Assembly: GCA_964016885.1 (NCBI GenBank)
Contig: OZ024747.1
Span: forward strand, 75,826,001 to 75,890,000
Origin: Eledone cirrhosa
Lineage: Eukaryota
Direction of reading: 5' to 3'
DNA: 64,000 bases
Under the pieces are notes generated by a model that saw only the letters and a list, made by a program, of their open reading frames with translations, had not been told where the DNA came from and ran no database searches. Of the stretch, positions 12,501-24,712 are shown one piece after another. The stretch's first letter is position 1; each line of letters starts with the position of its first letter. The translations under genes were made by a program, and so were the position numbers.

Positions 12501-13108
12501 TCGTTCACCGCTTCCAATTCCAATTTAGTGGGTTCTTTACTGACTCTAGTGTTGTATGGTCTGTCACTCACATTAAGGCTGTGTATCTCTTGAAACATAT
12601 CGTTCCATATCACTTGTAGGGTGCCCACAAGTTTTTGGTGCTCTGTTTGTTCAGTAGAGTCATGAATTGCAGCCTCGTTGTTGATGTGGTGACAATTACT
12701 ACTAGAGTCAGCTGACCTTTCTCGCTGTTCTTCAGTGGAAGTGGGATGGATTTCAGCAAAATTGTTGGTGAGCTGTTCACTGTTAGATTTAGCCGGCCAT
12801 TCTCTTTGTCTGTCAGTGGAGGTGGGGTGGTTGTCTACAAGGGCTGTATTTGTAGTATCACTCGATTCCGTTAGATGTATCAATTTACATCTAATGATAC
12901 GTTTTGCCTGTTCATTTAGATGCTTTGGAGAAAAGTCTAATTCTGGGTGTTTGGAGTTCCATAAAGTTTTTAGCCTTTGCATAAAACCGAACTTTTGGGG
13001 TTCAGATTGTTTGTATGCTTCATATAATTCTTTGTTAAGCTCGTAGCTCCACTGTATACAACGGTTGTAATTGCGATTTGGTCGAAGGAGACTTGTACTT
13101 TTTGCCAT
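9599..13108 (-). CDS. Reverse transcriptase + CCHC knuckle + restriction-like endonuclease polyprotein (1169 aa)
   Basis: RT motifs KSPGPD, YRPIAC, WLDYQKAFDSVPH, GIFQGDSLS, HLFFVDD, YRYLG; GGRGL; CRLC..HIVASC; RHD; RLE motif NRPDIVVWD..VVEISCP..K. Confidence 0.97.
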   Translation of the reverse strand: MAKSTSLLRPNRNYNRCIQWSYELNKELYEAYKQSEPQKFGFMQRLKTLWNSKHPELDFSPKHLNEQAKRIIRCKLIHLTESSDTTNTALVDNHPTSTDRQREWPAKSNSEQLTNNFAEIHPTSTEEQRERSADSSSNCHHINNEAAIHDSTEQTEHQKLVGTLQVIWNDMFQEIHSLNVSDRPYNTRVSKEPTKLELEAVNEIAGNYLKAIRSKGVETTFETLNVLLYVSAVTLLSYNTHLKPRNQDTNRKPEPAWMRNLKTKILSLRRSISHIAVVMKCNIERNFTRHQEDLKKKLERRFGDTKFKTLNSKLHQLKQQLTATTERLKYKSTAHKRQVLNRLFARDPKSVYRSFGGKSSIPVNDTPSKEQVENYWRSVWETDDGFNRQANWLKQLEQDYCQHVQTKQYDIDGSILETALQKMSNRKSPGPDLITGYWLKNFTFYRQDLIRLFTETIKGTQELPRWLSTATTLLIPKNSQTTLAKNYRPIACQNIMYKLYTGCLNLFLQDHCATNNIITPEQAGGKREVWGCIDHLLTNKMIQEKTTKNRRNMTVVWLDYQKAFDSVPHGWIIKALQLAKVPQPLVAAVERLTKNWYTNLILRGEKEQVKTDRIHYQKGIFQGDSLSVLLFVLSLNPLSYLLRKQGGQRSGPRSISHLFFVDDLKLYGPNINDIKKQLDLITQFSTDIKMKFGESKCAYLAVKRGRAVPSSRNLDMNGLTIQPLQSGDNYRYLGQDENVRYDGPINKERTRTEYLRRVKKIWSSELSAYNKYIAHNTYAVPIITPTFGLLNWSLQELSEMDVRTRKLLSVTGNFNINGDVDRLYFSRKEGGRGLKSILTTYETRIVTLKQHLQQRKKVGDHLAQVYEHEKRNIIRIATDLEERYGIKPDINLSPREIGRSYSMFKQEKKIDQFTEKVVHGYLRRKTQTIEGINHSKSLAWSSDKFMTSHLEGYLYAIQEQELPTKYLLHKRGGPAADNKCRLCKTKIEDVSHIVASCERMSSRYYLPMRHDGIARTIWNALRKTKLTTNEEEYIETDGTKEYWWNLKIKTATKLKHNRPDIVVWDHTLKTCSVVEISCPLDVNVVRKIQEKEDIYGPLMRSLQIQYPRYTFSFIPIIIGATGYIPTRLDQSMTELGFADKKRSSLIHSLQMAAIAGTFKICKTFLRFKG

Positions 13109-13292
13109 GATGAGTTCGTCTATTCACTAATATTTTGTATTTATTTTTTTTAAATAGTCGATGATCTTCTTTAAAAGTTACGACAAAGTTCTGTCAGAAT
13201 CAAATTTAAAGTTATTCACAGCTTGGGTAATATTTCTTTTCAGTTAGTTTTTAATTCTACAACTGTGTTTTAAACGTTGTTCTTGAATCGTT

Positions 13293-13612
13293 TGAATCGA
13301 GAACAAAAAGAACCGTTACTTAGTATATTCCTTTACGAATGTAATATAATATAACAATGCTGTATTTATATGTTAAAGTTTATGTATCATTCATATAAAT
13401 AGGTGTTCTACAACATATTCACAACATTCACAGTTCAAACACTTATATTTTTGTTTCTGAATCGAAAACGTTACTTTTATATTTCTTTATAAATGTAATA
13501 TAACAACGTTGCATTTATATGTTAAAGTGTATGTATCGTTCATATATCATAAGTGTATGTATCGTTCATATAAATAGGTGTTTTACAACACACTTACAGT
13601 TCAAACACTTAT
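13293..13612. repeat. Imperfect ~165-bp tandem duplication in the element's 5' UTR
   Basis: TGAATCGA...CAGTTCAAACACTTAT occurs at 13293-13446 and 13458-13612. Confidence 0.8.
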
Positions 13613-13740
13613 GTAGAATTATTGTATGTAATCTTACCGCGTAATGTAGCTCAACTTTTTCCAATATATGGTATGTTGCCTTCATGTAAGCCGTAATTAC
13701 ACACGTCCAATTATCGGACACTGACCACAACGGTCGCCAT

Positions 13741-14097
13741 TGTATGTATGTATGTATGTATGTTTGTATGTATGTATGTATGTATGTATGTATGTATGTA
13801 TGTATGTATGTATGTATGAATGTATGTACGTATTTATGTATGTGTTGATGTATGTATGCATGTATATATGTATGTATGTATGTATGTATATATGTTTGTA
13901 TGTATATATGCATTTATGTATGTATGTATATATGTATGTATGTATGTTTATATGCATTTATGTATGTATATATGTATGTATGTATATATGCATTTAGGTA
14001 TGTATGTATTTATGTGTGTATCTATGTATGTATATTTGTATGCATGTATGTATGTATGTATGTATGTATGTATGTATGTAGTTATGTATGTATGTAA
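13741..14097. repeat. (TATG)n compound array, right of the R4/Dong element
   Basis: Direct reading. Confidence 0.95.
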
Positions 14098-14297
14098 ATG
14101 TTGGCCAATAGAGAGAGAGAGTGTCGGTTTGTAGCATAGTTACAACACTCTCTCATTGGAATCAAGATCCACTCGGTAGATATGTATGTCTACATGTATG
14201 TAGATATGGAGGTTATTGTATGTGTGCATGTGCATATGTTTTGTACAAGTGTATATGCAGTTATTAGATACAGAATTTTTGGAATGTATGTATGTAT

Positions 14298-14485
14298 GTG
14301 GATTGGCAGTATCGGTAGAGAGTCGGACACCATGCCTTGAAGCATAGAGTTACGTCCCTTTATGATCTGAGTTCAAATCCCGCCGAGGTTAACTTTGCCT
14401 TTCATCCTTACGGGATCGATAAAATAAAGTACCAGTAATGTACTGAGTAATTGCTGGCCCTGTCCCTAAAATAGAAACAATTATA
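14298..14485 (+). mobile_element. SINE family A copy
   Basis: tRNA-like head (TGGCAGTATCGG..GAGTTCAAATCC), central GCCTTTCATCCTTACGGGATCGATAAAATAAAGTACCAG, ATT-type tail. About 10 related copies or fragments in the window. Confidence 0.88.
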
Positions 14486-14550
14486 ACATTATAGTTTTAC
14501 TCTATTACTGGGGAGAATGGTATGTCTTCAAGGACTATCAATTGCGACAT

Positions 14551-14737
14551 GGTGGATTGGCAGTATCGGTAGAGGGTCGGACGCCATGCTTTGATGCATA
14601 GTTACGGCCCTTGCCATTCTGAATTCAGATCCTGCCGAGGTTAACTTCGCCTTTCATCCTTACGGGGTCGATAAAATAAAGTACCAGTAATGCACTAGGT
14701 AATTGCTGGCCTTGTGCCTAAAGTAGAAACAATTATT
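14551..14737 (+). mobile_element. SINE family A copy
   Basis: Same structure as 14298-14485. Confidence 0.88.
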
Positions 14738-15369
14738 TCAACGACCTTGGAGTGTTGAAAGTTATCAGCAATGGGAAGACTAATGGAAATATTGTTTCCT
14801 TGGCCCTATTTGACGAGTTTCACCCCACTTGGTGAACAAAAGAAGTCTGGGATCTTGTCGATTAATTCGATTCCTTGTATTTTATATATTTATTATGTGT
14901 CAATATTTTCACCAAGGTATACTTCAGAAGTCATACTTACAAAGGCATTGAACTCAAATAAATGTAGTTATATTGATATTGTCATCGTGTGCAGATTTCA
15001 TAAATTCATAAATATAATCAGATGACATTTTAAACGGGATGTCTGGCTTGCGCACAATTCCAGTTACAGTAATTAGAAAGGCGATGATGCATTTACAACA
15101 TTTAATCCTATTATATCTATGTATTTAATCGTTCTATCTGAAAGTAAATCAGTGATTTTAATTGTCTTAGTATTAGCATTTAGCTTTGAACTTATTACTA
15201 AATATGCTAGAAATGTTATAAAGCATTATTAAATAAGATAGACGTCATTAATCAGTCGAAGAATAATGGTTGGCAGAACGAGTAACAAATAATAATATTA
15301 ATAATAATTGTTTCTACTTTAGGCACAAGGCCAGCAATTTGAAGGGGAGGGGAAAGTCGATTAATTAAT

Positions 15370-15870
15370 GCTCCAAATTAGCTTAAAGAGAATACAAGTG
15401 TAGACTTGATAAAGTTGCTATGATTATCCATTGAAAGCTCTGTGGGAAATATCATCTGGAACGAAATGGACTGTGGTATAAACATCATCTAGAAGTAGGT
15501 GAGAATGATGATGTAAAGTTATTTAGGACATGACTATACAGTGTGATATAATAAACTACAAGGTGACCTGACATAGGTGGGGTATAAAAAAGAGAGAAGA
15601 TATGTGGGATTATTGATGTCACCATTCTCAGAAATGAGGGGATCCACACAAAAGAAAGTTGACAAATACCAGGATCTTAGAATTAAGGCCCAAAGAATAT
15701 GAAACATGAGAAAGGTAGAAGTCAAACCATTAGTGATAGATGATTTTAGTTGTGTGATAAAGAACTTAGTAAAATGGAGATAAAACATTGAAATCTAAGC
15801 AACGGTGGTAAACAACACTCCTAGGAACCGCTAGAATTTTGAGAAGGGTGATGGGAACTTAAACCTAGGA
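15370..15870 (+). mobile_element. Degenerate R4-like RLE 3' fragment
   Basis: Eroded PDI..IDV..KVDKYQDL..VKPLVI motifs; similar to the reverse complement of 21820-22310. Confidence 0.6.
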
Positions 15871-16608
15871 GAATATTGATGGTGTTGGAGGTGTTGGTGG
15901 TGTTGGAGGTGTTGATGGTTTTGGAGGTGATAACAATATATGTGTTGATGGCGATGATCCTGCTGATGGTGATGATGTTGGAGGTGACAATACACTTCAT
16001 GATGTAGAACGTTTGATGAATGTGATGATGATGGAGATAAAGATTGACTGGGTATGTTGATTAATACTGATGTTGTTGTTGTTGGGGTGATACTGAATAT
16101 AGCAAATGTGAGGGGGGGGGTACTGATGTAGTTGTAACTTATCACGAGTGGATTGAAGAATCTACCATTAAATCACTGAAGAAATCGCTTTTAAATTGCA
16201 ACGTTGTAGGAGGCCAACTATATCCGAGTTGTAAATGTCATTGCACCATCTCGAAAATATTATCTTCACGTTCTATCACCAATTCCCAATGTAGCCTCCT
16301 GTTCTTCGAGAGTTCTCCAAAGCGAACATTAATATAAACACCAACATCATCATCACCATTAACAATAGGAAGAACACTAGGTACATCGTTAATAACGACA
16401 ACCTGGAAAATTTCTTACTTGTCTCACACTGATATGAATAGAGCAAACCAGTTAACATGGATGTATTAGAAAATTTAGAATATATTATCGCCTTGAGATA
16501 TAAACTATCATCCAGTTGAATTAAGACAAGATTGGAAATAGTCCAAGTATTAGGCAAGAACCTCAACACTTCAACTATTTTACTGAGGTACACTGAATGG
16601 TGTACAGA

Positions 16609-16659
16609 GAAGAAGAAGAAGAAGAAGAAGAAGAAGAAGAAGAAGGCGAAGAGGAAGGA

Positions 16660-16698
<39 letters not shown>

Positions 16699-16950
16699 GA
16701 AGAAGAAGAAGAAGAAAAAGAAGGAGGAGGAGGAGGTGGAGAAGAAGAAGAAGAATAATAATAAGAAGAAGAAGGAGGAGGAGGAGGAGGAGAAGAGCGA
16801 AAGAAAACGATTCCATATCTCAACACTTACACCTCAATACATATATTTCCTAGAGCTGTTGACAACAACAACAACAGCAACAACAATAGCAACAGCAACA
16901 ACATCAACAACAGCAGCAGCAACAACAACAACAACAACATCAACAGCAAC
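16609..16950. repeat. Compound (GAA)/(AAT)/(GAG)/(CAA) trinucleotide microsatellites
   Basis: Direct reading. Confidence 0.95.
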
Positions 16951-17298
16951 ACGGATCAGAAGAAAAGAGTCGAAGAACGCATGGGGAATATTTATTAAGT
17001 CTAAGTTGCGAATTGCTCTTTTGAGAAATTTCTTTGAAGTTATTATATTTAGTGAAAATATATTATATATACTCCGGAATGATTTTTGATAGACTATTGG
17101 GAACGTGATTACACCGGTTTGACACCACGGTGTATCCAACAGAATATATAGGTATTTTGCATTGAATTCATTATATTTACAGGTATGTGTTGTATCCATG
17201 CGCATATAAGTAACCCATCATATATATATATTCACATAGAACTCACAACATTAAGTTCTTATGTAGATATGTCACTATCTGTAAACCAATCTTTGTAT

Positions 17299-17353
17299 TT
17301 TATCTGATGAGTGCGTCCCAAAATACTGGTATCCTTGAAATATATATAATAAA
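17299..17353 (+). ncRNA. Minimal type I hammerhead motif in a short (TA)n-flanked pLTR fragment (17230-17400)
   Basis: UUUAU-CUGAUGA-...-GAAA-UAUAUAUA-AUAAA. Homologous motifs with shared downstream sequence at 40252 and 57588. Confidence 0.7.
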
Positions 17354-17397
17354 CTAAATATGGTTTTATAAAGATAGTTTCCATTTATTAATATTAT

Positions 17398-17436
<39 letters not shown>

Positions 17437-17492
17437 AACGGAAAAATGAAACGAAATTTCATTTTCCACTCTTAGTACGGCTGTTACTTAAT

Positions 17493-17988
17493 TATAAGTA
17501 TGTATACGTACATACATATATGTATACAGACGTACAGTAGTATGTATATATATATACATACATGCACACATATATATATGTACGTATGGATTCACCAAAC
17601 ATTTATTATAATGTTCGGTGTGTTTGTAAACAAACATCCCGTATTAAGCCGTAGTGTCCAGCAACCATCGTTGCTCGTTTGTTCAACACAGACAAAGAAA
17701 CGCTGTACTAGTTTCAAGCTTGTTAGCTATCGTCAGCAACGTATACCTTCCTGCCAGATAGTTGAAACTAGTACAGCGTTCCTTTGTCAGTGTTGAATAA
17801 ACGAGCAACGGTGGTTGCTAGACACTACGGCTTAATACAGGATGTTTGTATACAAACACACCGAGCATTATAATAACTGTTTGGTGAATCCATACGTACA
17901 TATATATATATGTGTGCATGTATGTATATATATATACATACTACTGTACGTCTGTATACATATATGTATGTACGTATACATACTTATA
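17493..17988. repeat. Inverted repeat (~225-bp arms, 44-bp spacer), head-to-head ribozyme-bearing element
   Basis: 17493-17717 is the reverse complement of 17762-17988, with scattered mismatches. Confidence 0.92.
17701..17741 (-). ncRNA. Minimal type I hammerhead motif
   Basis: CGUUG-CUGACGA-UAGC UAACAA GCUU-GAAAC UA GUA-CAGCG. Confidence 0.75.
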
Positions 17989-18395
17989 TATATATATATA
18001 TATATGAATAGTCTGATGTGCTGAGATCACTAATCATGGGAGTACTCGATGCATGTGGAGATGCAGATTACATATAGAGATATGTAAAATCCCAAACGCT
18101 TGGCACCGCGGTCAGGATTTTAAATCTGCCCGCTCCCCCTCTCTCCCTCTCTCTCTTTATATATATATGTATGTATGTATAGCAGTGATGATATCATTCT
18201 CAGTTACTACTCTGAGATTCAAGTAGTACATGCCAACTTTCTCCCTATAGTATAAAAACTTAGGGAATTCAAAACGTAAATTGAATTCTGCCCACACAGG
18301 CCCTAATCTTCATGGATTCTGGTTTTACCTATAAATATGAATAGGTAACGTATCAGGCCCTTCTGGGAATTGTTAATAATTGACTACGTCTTCCA

Positions 18396-18512
18396 GGTAC
18401 GTGGCTTAGTGGTTAGAGAATTGGATTCACAATCGTGAGTTTGCGAGTTCGATTCCTTGACTTCGCAATGCGTTATTTTCTTGAGCAAGACACGTTATGT
18501 CACGTTGCTTTT
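18396..18512 (+). mobile_element. SINE family B copy (tRNA-derived)
   Basis: A box TGGCTTAGTGG, B box GAGTTCGATTCC, then CCTTGAGCAAGACAC. Relatives at 58273 and 60779. Confidence 0.8.
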
Positions 18513-18528
18513 CTGCCAGGAGTTGCGA

Positions 18529-18578
<50 letters not shown>

Positions 18579-18654
18579 GTGTGTGTGTGAATGAAGTAAT
18601 TCAGTCGGAAAGGTCTAGGAAAAAAGAGTGCTCAATGTAAGTTACAGAGCTTAT

Positions 18655-18726
18655 TAGTTATGTAATAAACAACATAAGATAATTATTTTAAATGAAATAA
18701 TTATCTTATGTTGTTTATTACATAAC

Positions 18727-18728
<2 letters not shown>
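18655..18728. repeat. Perfect 34-bp-arm inverted repeat next to (TA)n
   Basis: TAGTTATGTAATAAACAACATAAGATAATTATTT and its complement; the same sequence recurs once at 42885-42922. Confidence 0.88.
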
Positions 18729-18784
<56 letters not shown>

Positions 18785-21118
18785 TATACATATATATATA
18801 TACGTCTAGGTGTGTATGTGAGTGTACTCTCATATCTAAGTATGAATGAGTGTATGGATGGGTATCGGATACTTTTGCCTGAATTAAGATTTTCTTTAAT
18901 ATTTTTAAGCACACCGGTGCAAGATGGAGGAAAATAACCTTACTTAAGTGTAATTAAATATATGGTTTTTGGCATAACCTCTTAAAAATACAGACACATC
19001 ATCCACGTAAAATAAGTATATTTCCTACTTAATCACTAAATTAGAGCTTGAGTATATCATTAGATAAAATATTTTTAGAAACAATTTCGTATTACAAAGA
19101 TCTATTGAAGAGCATTGCTATCTATTTAAAGTTAGACAAAATTTCATGACAGTTTGTAGTACAAACCCCTTATAATCGACATTGACTGAACAATACAAGA
19201 CTACATTCTTCTATTGTTCTGCTTATTTAGCCTCCCGTTGGCCTTCACTACTTTTATTTTATTTTAATTAATTTATCTTTTTTAATTTTAATTTTAATTT
19301 CTGAATTGACTTTTCTCTGTCTATCTTGTTTTTTCTTTTGTGTCTCAACTAAGTACTAGATATTTCCTCGAATCTGTCAGGGCTTACTAGCTCTATACTG
19401 ACGTTTAAATTAATGAAATATTAAATAAGTAAGAAACTTTGTTAAACTAAGCTAGAACCAGCAGCTAAATATTGTGAAAATTAGTTACGTTACTAAACCC
19501 TTTCAAATTGTTCAATTCTTATCGTTACTCTATTATTGAAATCATTTTCTTTGTGTTTCTCTGAAGGTTTCCTTTAAGAGATCTCAAGATTAACTTTGCT
19601 ATATATAAGAATAAGAGATAACGTGGATATTCAGATATAGCTGGTTCATTCCTGGTTCTCTTACTAATCACCGAGTCTCAGATGTATGTTCACCTTATAT
19701 CTGAGCTACTTATTACCATTATATATATTTACATCTATCTCCCCTTCTCACTCACTTTCTTACACTCTAACTCTCTCCCAATTTCTCTGATCTTCTTGAT
19801 AGTATCTGCCTCTCAGCTTTTCTCTAGACATTTATCATATACAGTCGTATTATATCCTATCAATATCTTAATATGTTGTGGCTTATTCTTAATACATGTC
19901 TAATTCACTGATTTACCAGTTGAAAGTATATAACTTTCTGGTCAATCATTCCATCTTTATCTAACACATCTGACACCATTTTGTATTACTTTGCTTTTTC
20001 TTGAGATTATCGTTGATTCATTTTGGTCTGAATCTTTGAATTATCTTCAACTTCTTCCAAGCCCATTTCTAAAATACGCTTTATTTCATAAACAGGTACA
20101 CAACCTCATCAATACGAATTCACAACGTCTTGGGCATAACAAACAGCGAGTGGATTCTCACTATCTTTTGCTTTACCTCTGAAGGTTTATATCTTGAGTT
20201 ACACGACACATGCATGATTTAAAGTGAATAGTCGTCCACGCTTTGAGATAGCACGTCGGATCAAATCATGGAAATGTGAAGTATAAACAAAATTATAAAT
20301 ATAATTGATATATAATGAAGGATCTAACGACATGAAACTACTATAATATTTACAAAGATCTACGTTCCGCGTTCAATATACTACTGAGCTAATATGTACT
20401 TTCATTTATTTCTACCATGTTAATTAGCTCTATGCGTGTGTCTGCGAGTATGCAGTTAAGTGTGTGTGTGTATGTCTGTGTGTATATGTGTGTTTGAGAT
20501 AGAGACAGATACGAAGGCTGAATGAATAGATAGAAGAAAAACAAGACAGCGAGGGAGAAAAATGTGAAGAGACAAGAGGAAGCGTTTTTGTGTTGAAGAA
20601 AGTGTATGGAAGAGAAATAGTTATTAAACGACTAGATAAATATATAATGAAAGAGTAAACTAGACATAGGTAGAAAGATATGTATAATCCCAATGGAAGA
20701 GGAACCCCTATCTAAACAGAAGCCAAAGAAAAGATTTACATCCGTGATAATGTTTTACATGCAGAGAAGCTTGTGTGCTGCTGAGTTAAAGGAAGTACGT
20801 CTCTGAATTGCAAAATGCATGAAATAAAAGTATTTTTAGATACGTAGAAACATGTACAAAGGAATGTTAGGGAATATACTCAGTTGTCGACGTATGTATG
20901 TATGTATGTATGTATGTATGTATGTATGTATGTATGTATGTATGTATGTATGTATGTATGTATGTATGTATGTATTTGTGTATGTTTGTATGTATATGTA
21001 TGTATGTATGTATATGTATGTATATGTAAGTATGTGTGTATATATGTATGTATGTTTGTTTGTATGTATGTATCTCTATATCTAAATATGCACTTAATCG
21101 TGTAAGCTTATATGTGTA

Positions 21119-21177
<59 letters not shown>

Positions 21178-21819
21178 ATACATTTGTGTGTGTGTGTATA
21201 CATTTGTGTGTGTGTGTCTGTGTATATATATACATGTATACGGGTGTGTGAACACATGTATGTAGTATCTATGTGTTTATGTATGTACGTATACGTAGTT
21301 CTCTATGTATGTAAGAATCTCTAGATATATGTCTGCAGGCGTCTATAGATGTAACTTTATGTATGAACGTATGTATGATTGTCTTTCCCTTTTTTTAATT
21401 CTTTGAATGCTTTGCATAAAGAAGGAACTGGAATCAAAGAAACACCCCCACCATCACTGGAATTTAGATAACAATTTTAGAGGTTTACGTCATAAATCTT
21501 AAGACAGCCTCACATATCTCCAATATTTGTGGAGAGGGAATTTGCCGAATATAAGTGAGATCTAATATTACTTCACCTGAATATCATAGGTATTATTGAA
21601 GTATTTGTTCAGGGTCTCCGTTCTCAGAGCCTAAATAAAGCCCGCCGGCGTGAAATCTGGTTTTCATTAATTTGGGAATTGGTGGAACGTCGGACTTTCA
21701 AGACTATTCCGGGATCTTTGCATAATCAGTTCAAATCCTGCGTTAGCCAATATCGGTTAATTTCGTAAACACTATTATTATTTTTTTCTTAGGCAGTTCC
21801 TTTATCGCATTACCAAACC

Positions 21820-22310
21820 AAGAGGACAAGTAACAACTACTGACTCAGGAACATTTGGTTTCTTTTTACTGGGGTCATTATTCCCATCACCCAACTCCAA
21901 ATTCTACCCGTTCCTAGGCCTGTGGTTTTCTGGAGGAATACTAACTTTACTTGAATCCGAGGTTTTTCTATCCATTTTTCTAACTTCTTAGTCACGACCA
22001 AAAGCAACTATCACTATTGGCATTACCTCAATCTTTTTCATGTTCCATATTATTTGGACTTCAGTTCTAAGGTTCTTTTGGGTAAATCCTCTCCTACCCG
22101 GGAATGGTGACATCTATATTTCTCTTTTTTATACCACACCTATGTCAGGTGTACTTGTTATTATTATATTATCACACTGTATAGTCATGTCCTAAATACC
22201 GTTACATCATCTTTCTCACCTACTCCTTCAGGTTGATGATGATTCCACAGTTCATTTCTCTACAAGTGATATTTCCCACAGAGCTTTGAATGGATAATCA
22301 TAGCAACTTA
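21820..22310 (-). mobile_element. Degenerate R4-like RLE 3' fragment
   Basis: Minus strand shows eroded WDMTIQCDNII...PDI, then RTEVQIIWNMKK.EVMPIVIVAFG. Confidence 0.6.
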
Positions 22311-22471
22311 ATCGTGTATATACATATAAAACAAAGAGGGTGTGGTAAGATACCAGGTGGACAATAATGCACCAGAGTACTCAAGACTTAGGGTAGTATA
22401 GTGGGTAATCTAGCTGCTGTGGAAACGACTGGAGCTCAGCCGTCGGGGTCCTGACTCTTTTCCTATATATA

Positions 22472-22506
<35 letters not shown>

Positions 22507-22510
<4 letters not shown>

Positions 22511-23131
22511 ATAAATTATCGAGATACGCATTTCGGCCCACGAAATAACGAAAAACGACCTCCGAGATGTGCGGCAAGTGCTCAATGATTCAGATGAACC
22601 AGAGCTATAAGAAACGTTGAAGGCCAAACACACTGAGATGATGGTTAAACAATCATTCGCATAGCCCCTCAAAAAAACAATCAAGTAATTCGGGTATTGA
22701 AAATTTACCCGGACCCCTGGAAGGTTGGTAAAATCCAGTATATGGGTTTCTGCGGCTCCTAAATCAAGTACCGTCCGCTTACATAAATAATGTCAGGCTT
22801 CTGGTAAGATGATTGAACAAGGAAGCCATTTTCTCAACAGGTTTTAGTTCAATGTTAATACAAGGACTGACTATTGCTGACCCCACGTGGGAATCGGCAA
22901 GGGAGGCAACCCCTATATCAGGCGAATGAATTCAGTTGTGTATATTTTTGCAAGAATGCAAAAACATCACAAATCGAATAGAGTTCTCAACAGAAGGGTT
23001 AAAATTAACATAAGCTATTCATCAGTCAATAGAATCAACTCTAAAATCAAGAAAATTAACTGGTCAATAGCTAGAGTCTGGAGAATAATACAAACATAAA
23101 TTATCGAGATTCGCATTTCGGCGCACGAAAT
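22507..23131. mobile_element. 585-bp non-coding unit with ~40-bp terminal direct redundancy, in (TA)n
   Basis: AAACATAAATTATCGAGAT.CGCATTTCGGC.CACGAAATA at 22507 and 23092; TA repeats at both ends. Confidence 0.7.
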
Positions 23132-23658
23132 ATATATATATATTTGCATATACATATATATCTACTCACATCTATATACAGGTATAACGACCTGTATATA
23201 TGCAAGTCTATGTATAACTATACGGTACATCATTGTACGGCATGCACATTTCTGTTTATTTTTAATTTTTATATTGTTTAATTCTGATTTTATTTAGAAA
23301 CGCTTTCAGCGAAGATAAATAACCGTACGTGTGTTTTCCTCTGTTTTCCTAAACAGTGGAAAACACACGTAATAGAATATGTAACCATTCTTAGATCTTT
23401 TAAAATATACGGAAACTCAATTTTTTTTCGATGACTGTGTGGGAAGTCATAGCCGGATAAATTGAAACTTGTATTTGATTTATACAGATTTATCGATTCT
23501 CCCCACCTCATGAAATAATAAAATGCGATGCCCCCAAAGGATTGCGCCAATTCACCCCTTAATGGTTGCTGTAAGTCATGATTCTGACGACGACCACCAC
23601 GACAACAATATTGAAGATGATGCTGAGAATGTATGTATACATGTTACATGTAGGTATG

Positions 23659-23737
<79 letters not shown>

Positions 23738-23752
23738 TCTCTCTCTCTCTAT

Positions 23753-23786
<34 letters not shown>

Positions 23787-23958
23787 TTAATACATTAACA
23801 GAGAAAGCTTTTAGCGATACTCCGACCAACTCCATCTCACTCAACAAACATTAGGATATACCTAAGTATAATCCCAATTATGCGTTTGGGGTGCTAACTA
23901 TATTGTATTTCGTGGATAGTTGGCTGTATTATTTTATATGAGACACATATATATATAT

Positions 23959-24378
23959 ATTTAATGTATAATAAACAATACAATATAATTACCCTATTAC
24001 CAGATGTTTCCCGAATAAGACGGATACAAGAAACGTCCGCATTCATTCGTCAAACAAGGCAATTTAAACATTTTTTTCACTATACACATGCAGTTGTACA
24101 TACACACACATGTACATATGTACATATGTATGTGCATATACACACATTTACACACATCCCCTTACTATATTTCTTTATTTTTATTTTTTATACATTTCTT
24201 GTATTATTACTTTTATTTATTTTTTGCCCGTTAAACTTTTAGCCTTTCTTGAGGAGATTTTTCAAATATCTCACTATGTTTAAATTGCCTTATATGACGA
24301 ATGAATGCGGACGTTTCTTATTCGGGAAACCTCTGGTAATGAGGTAATTATATTGTATTGTTTATTGTACATTAAATA
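23959..24378. repeat. Diverged inverted repeat (~110-bp arms)
   Basis: 23959-24071 versus the reverse complement of 24276-24378. Confidence 0.85.
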
Positions 24379-24578
24379 TTTAGCTCTGTATCTTAGATAA
24401 AGCACTCTTCATTCCTCTGATTTTTTCAACGGAAACTTCAACACTTATATATATATATATATAGACATGTTTTTATCCATGTAGGTGTGTAGGAATGTAT
24501 GTATATAGGTATCTGTATATAAAAGATGGACGTATCTGTATCTATATGTATATCTGTGTATCTATTTGTGTAGGCCTA

Positions 24579-24662
<84 letters not shown>

Positions 24663-24674
24663 ATATATATGTAT

Positions 24675-24705
<31 letters not shown>

Positions 24706-24712
<7 letters not shown>

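Larger units (their letters stand above)
9519..13740 (-). mobile_element. Apparently full-length R4/Dong-like (RLE-type) non-LTR retrotransposon
   Basis: Single intact ORF, ~630-bp 5' UTR and ~80-bp 3' UTR, bounded by (TATG)n on both sides. Confidence 0.92.
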
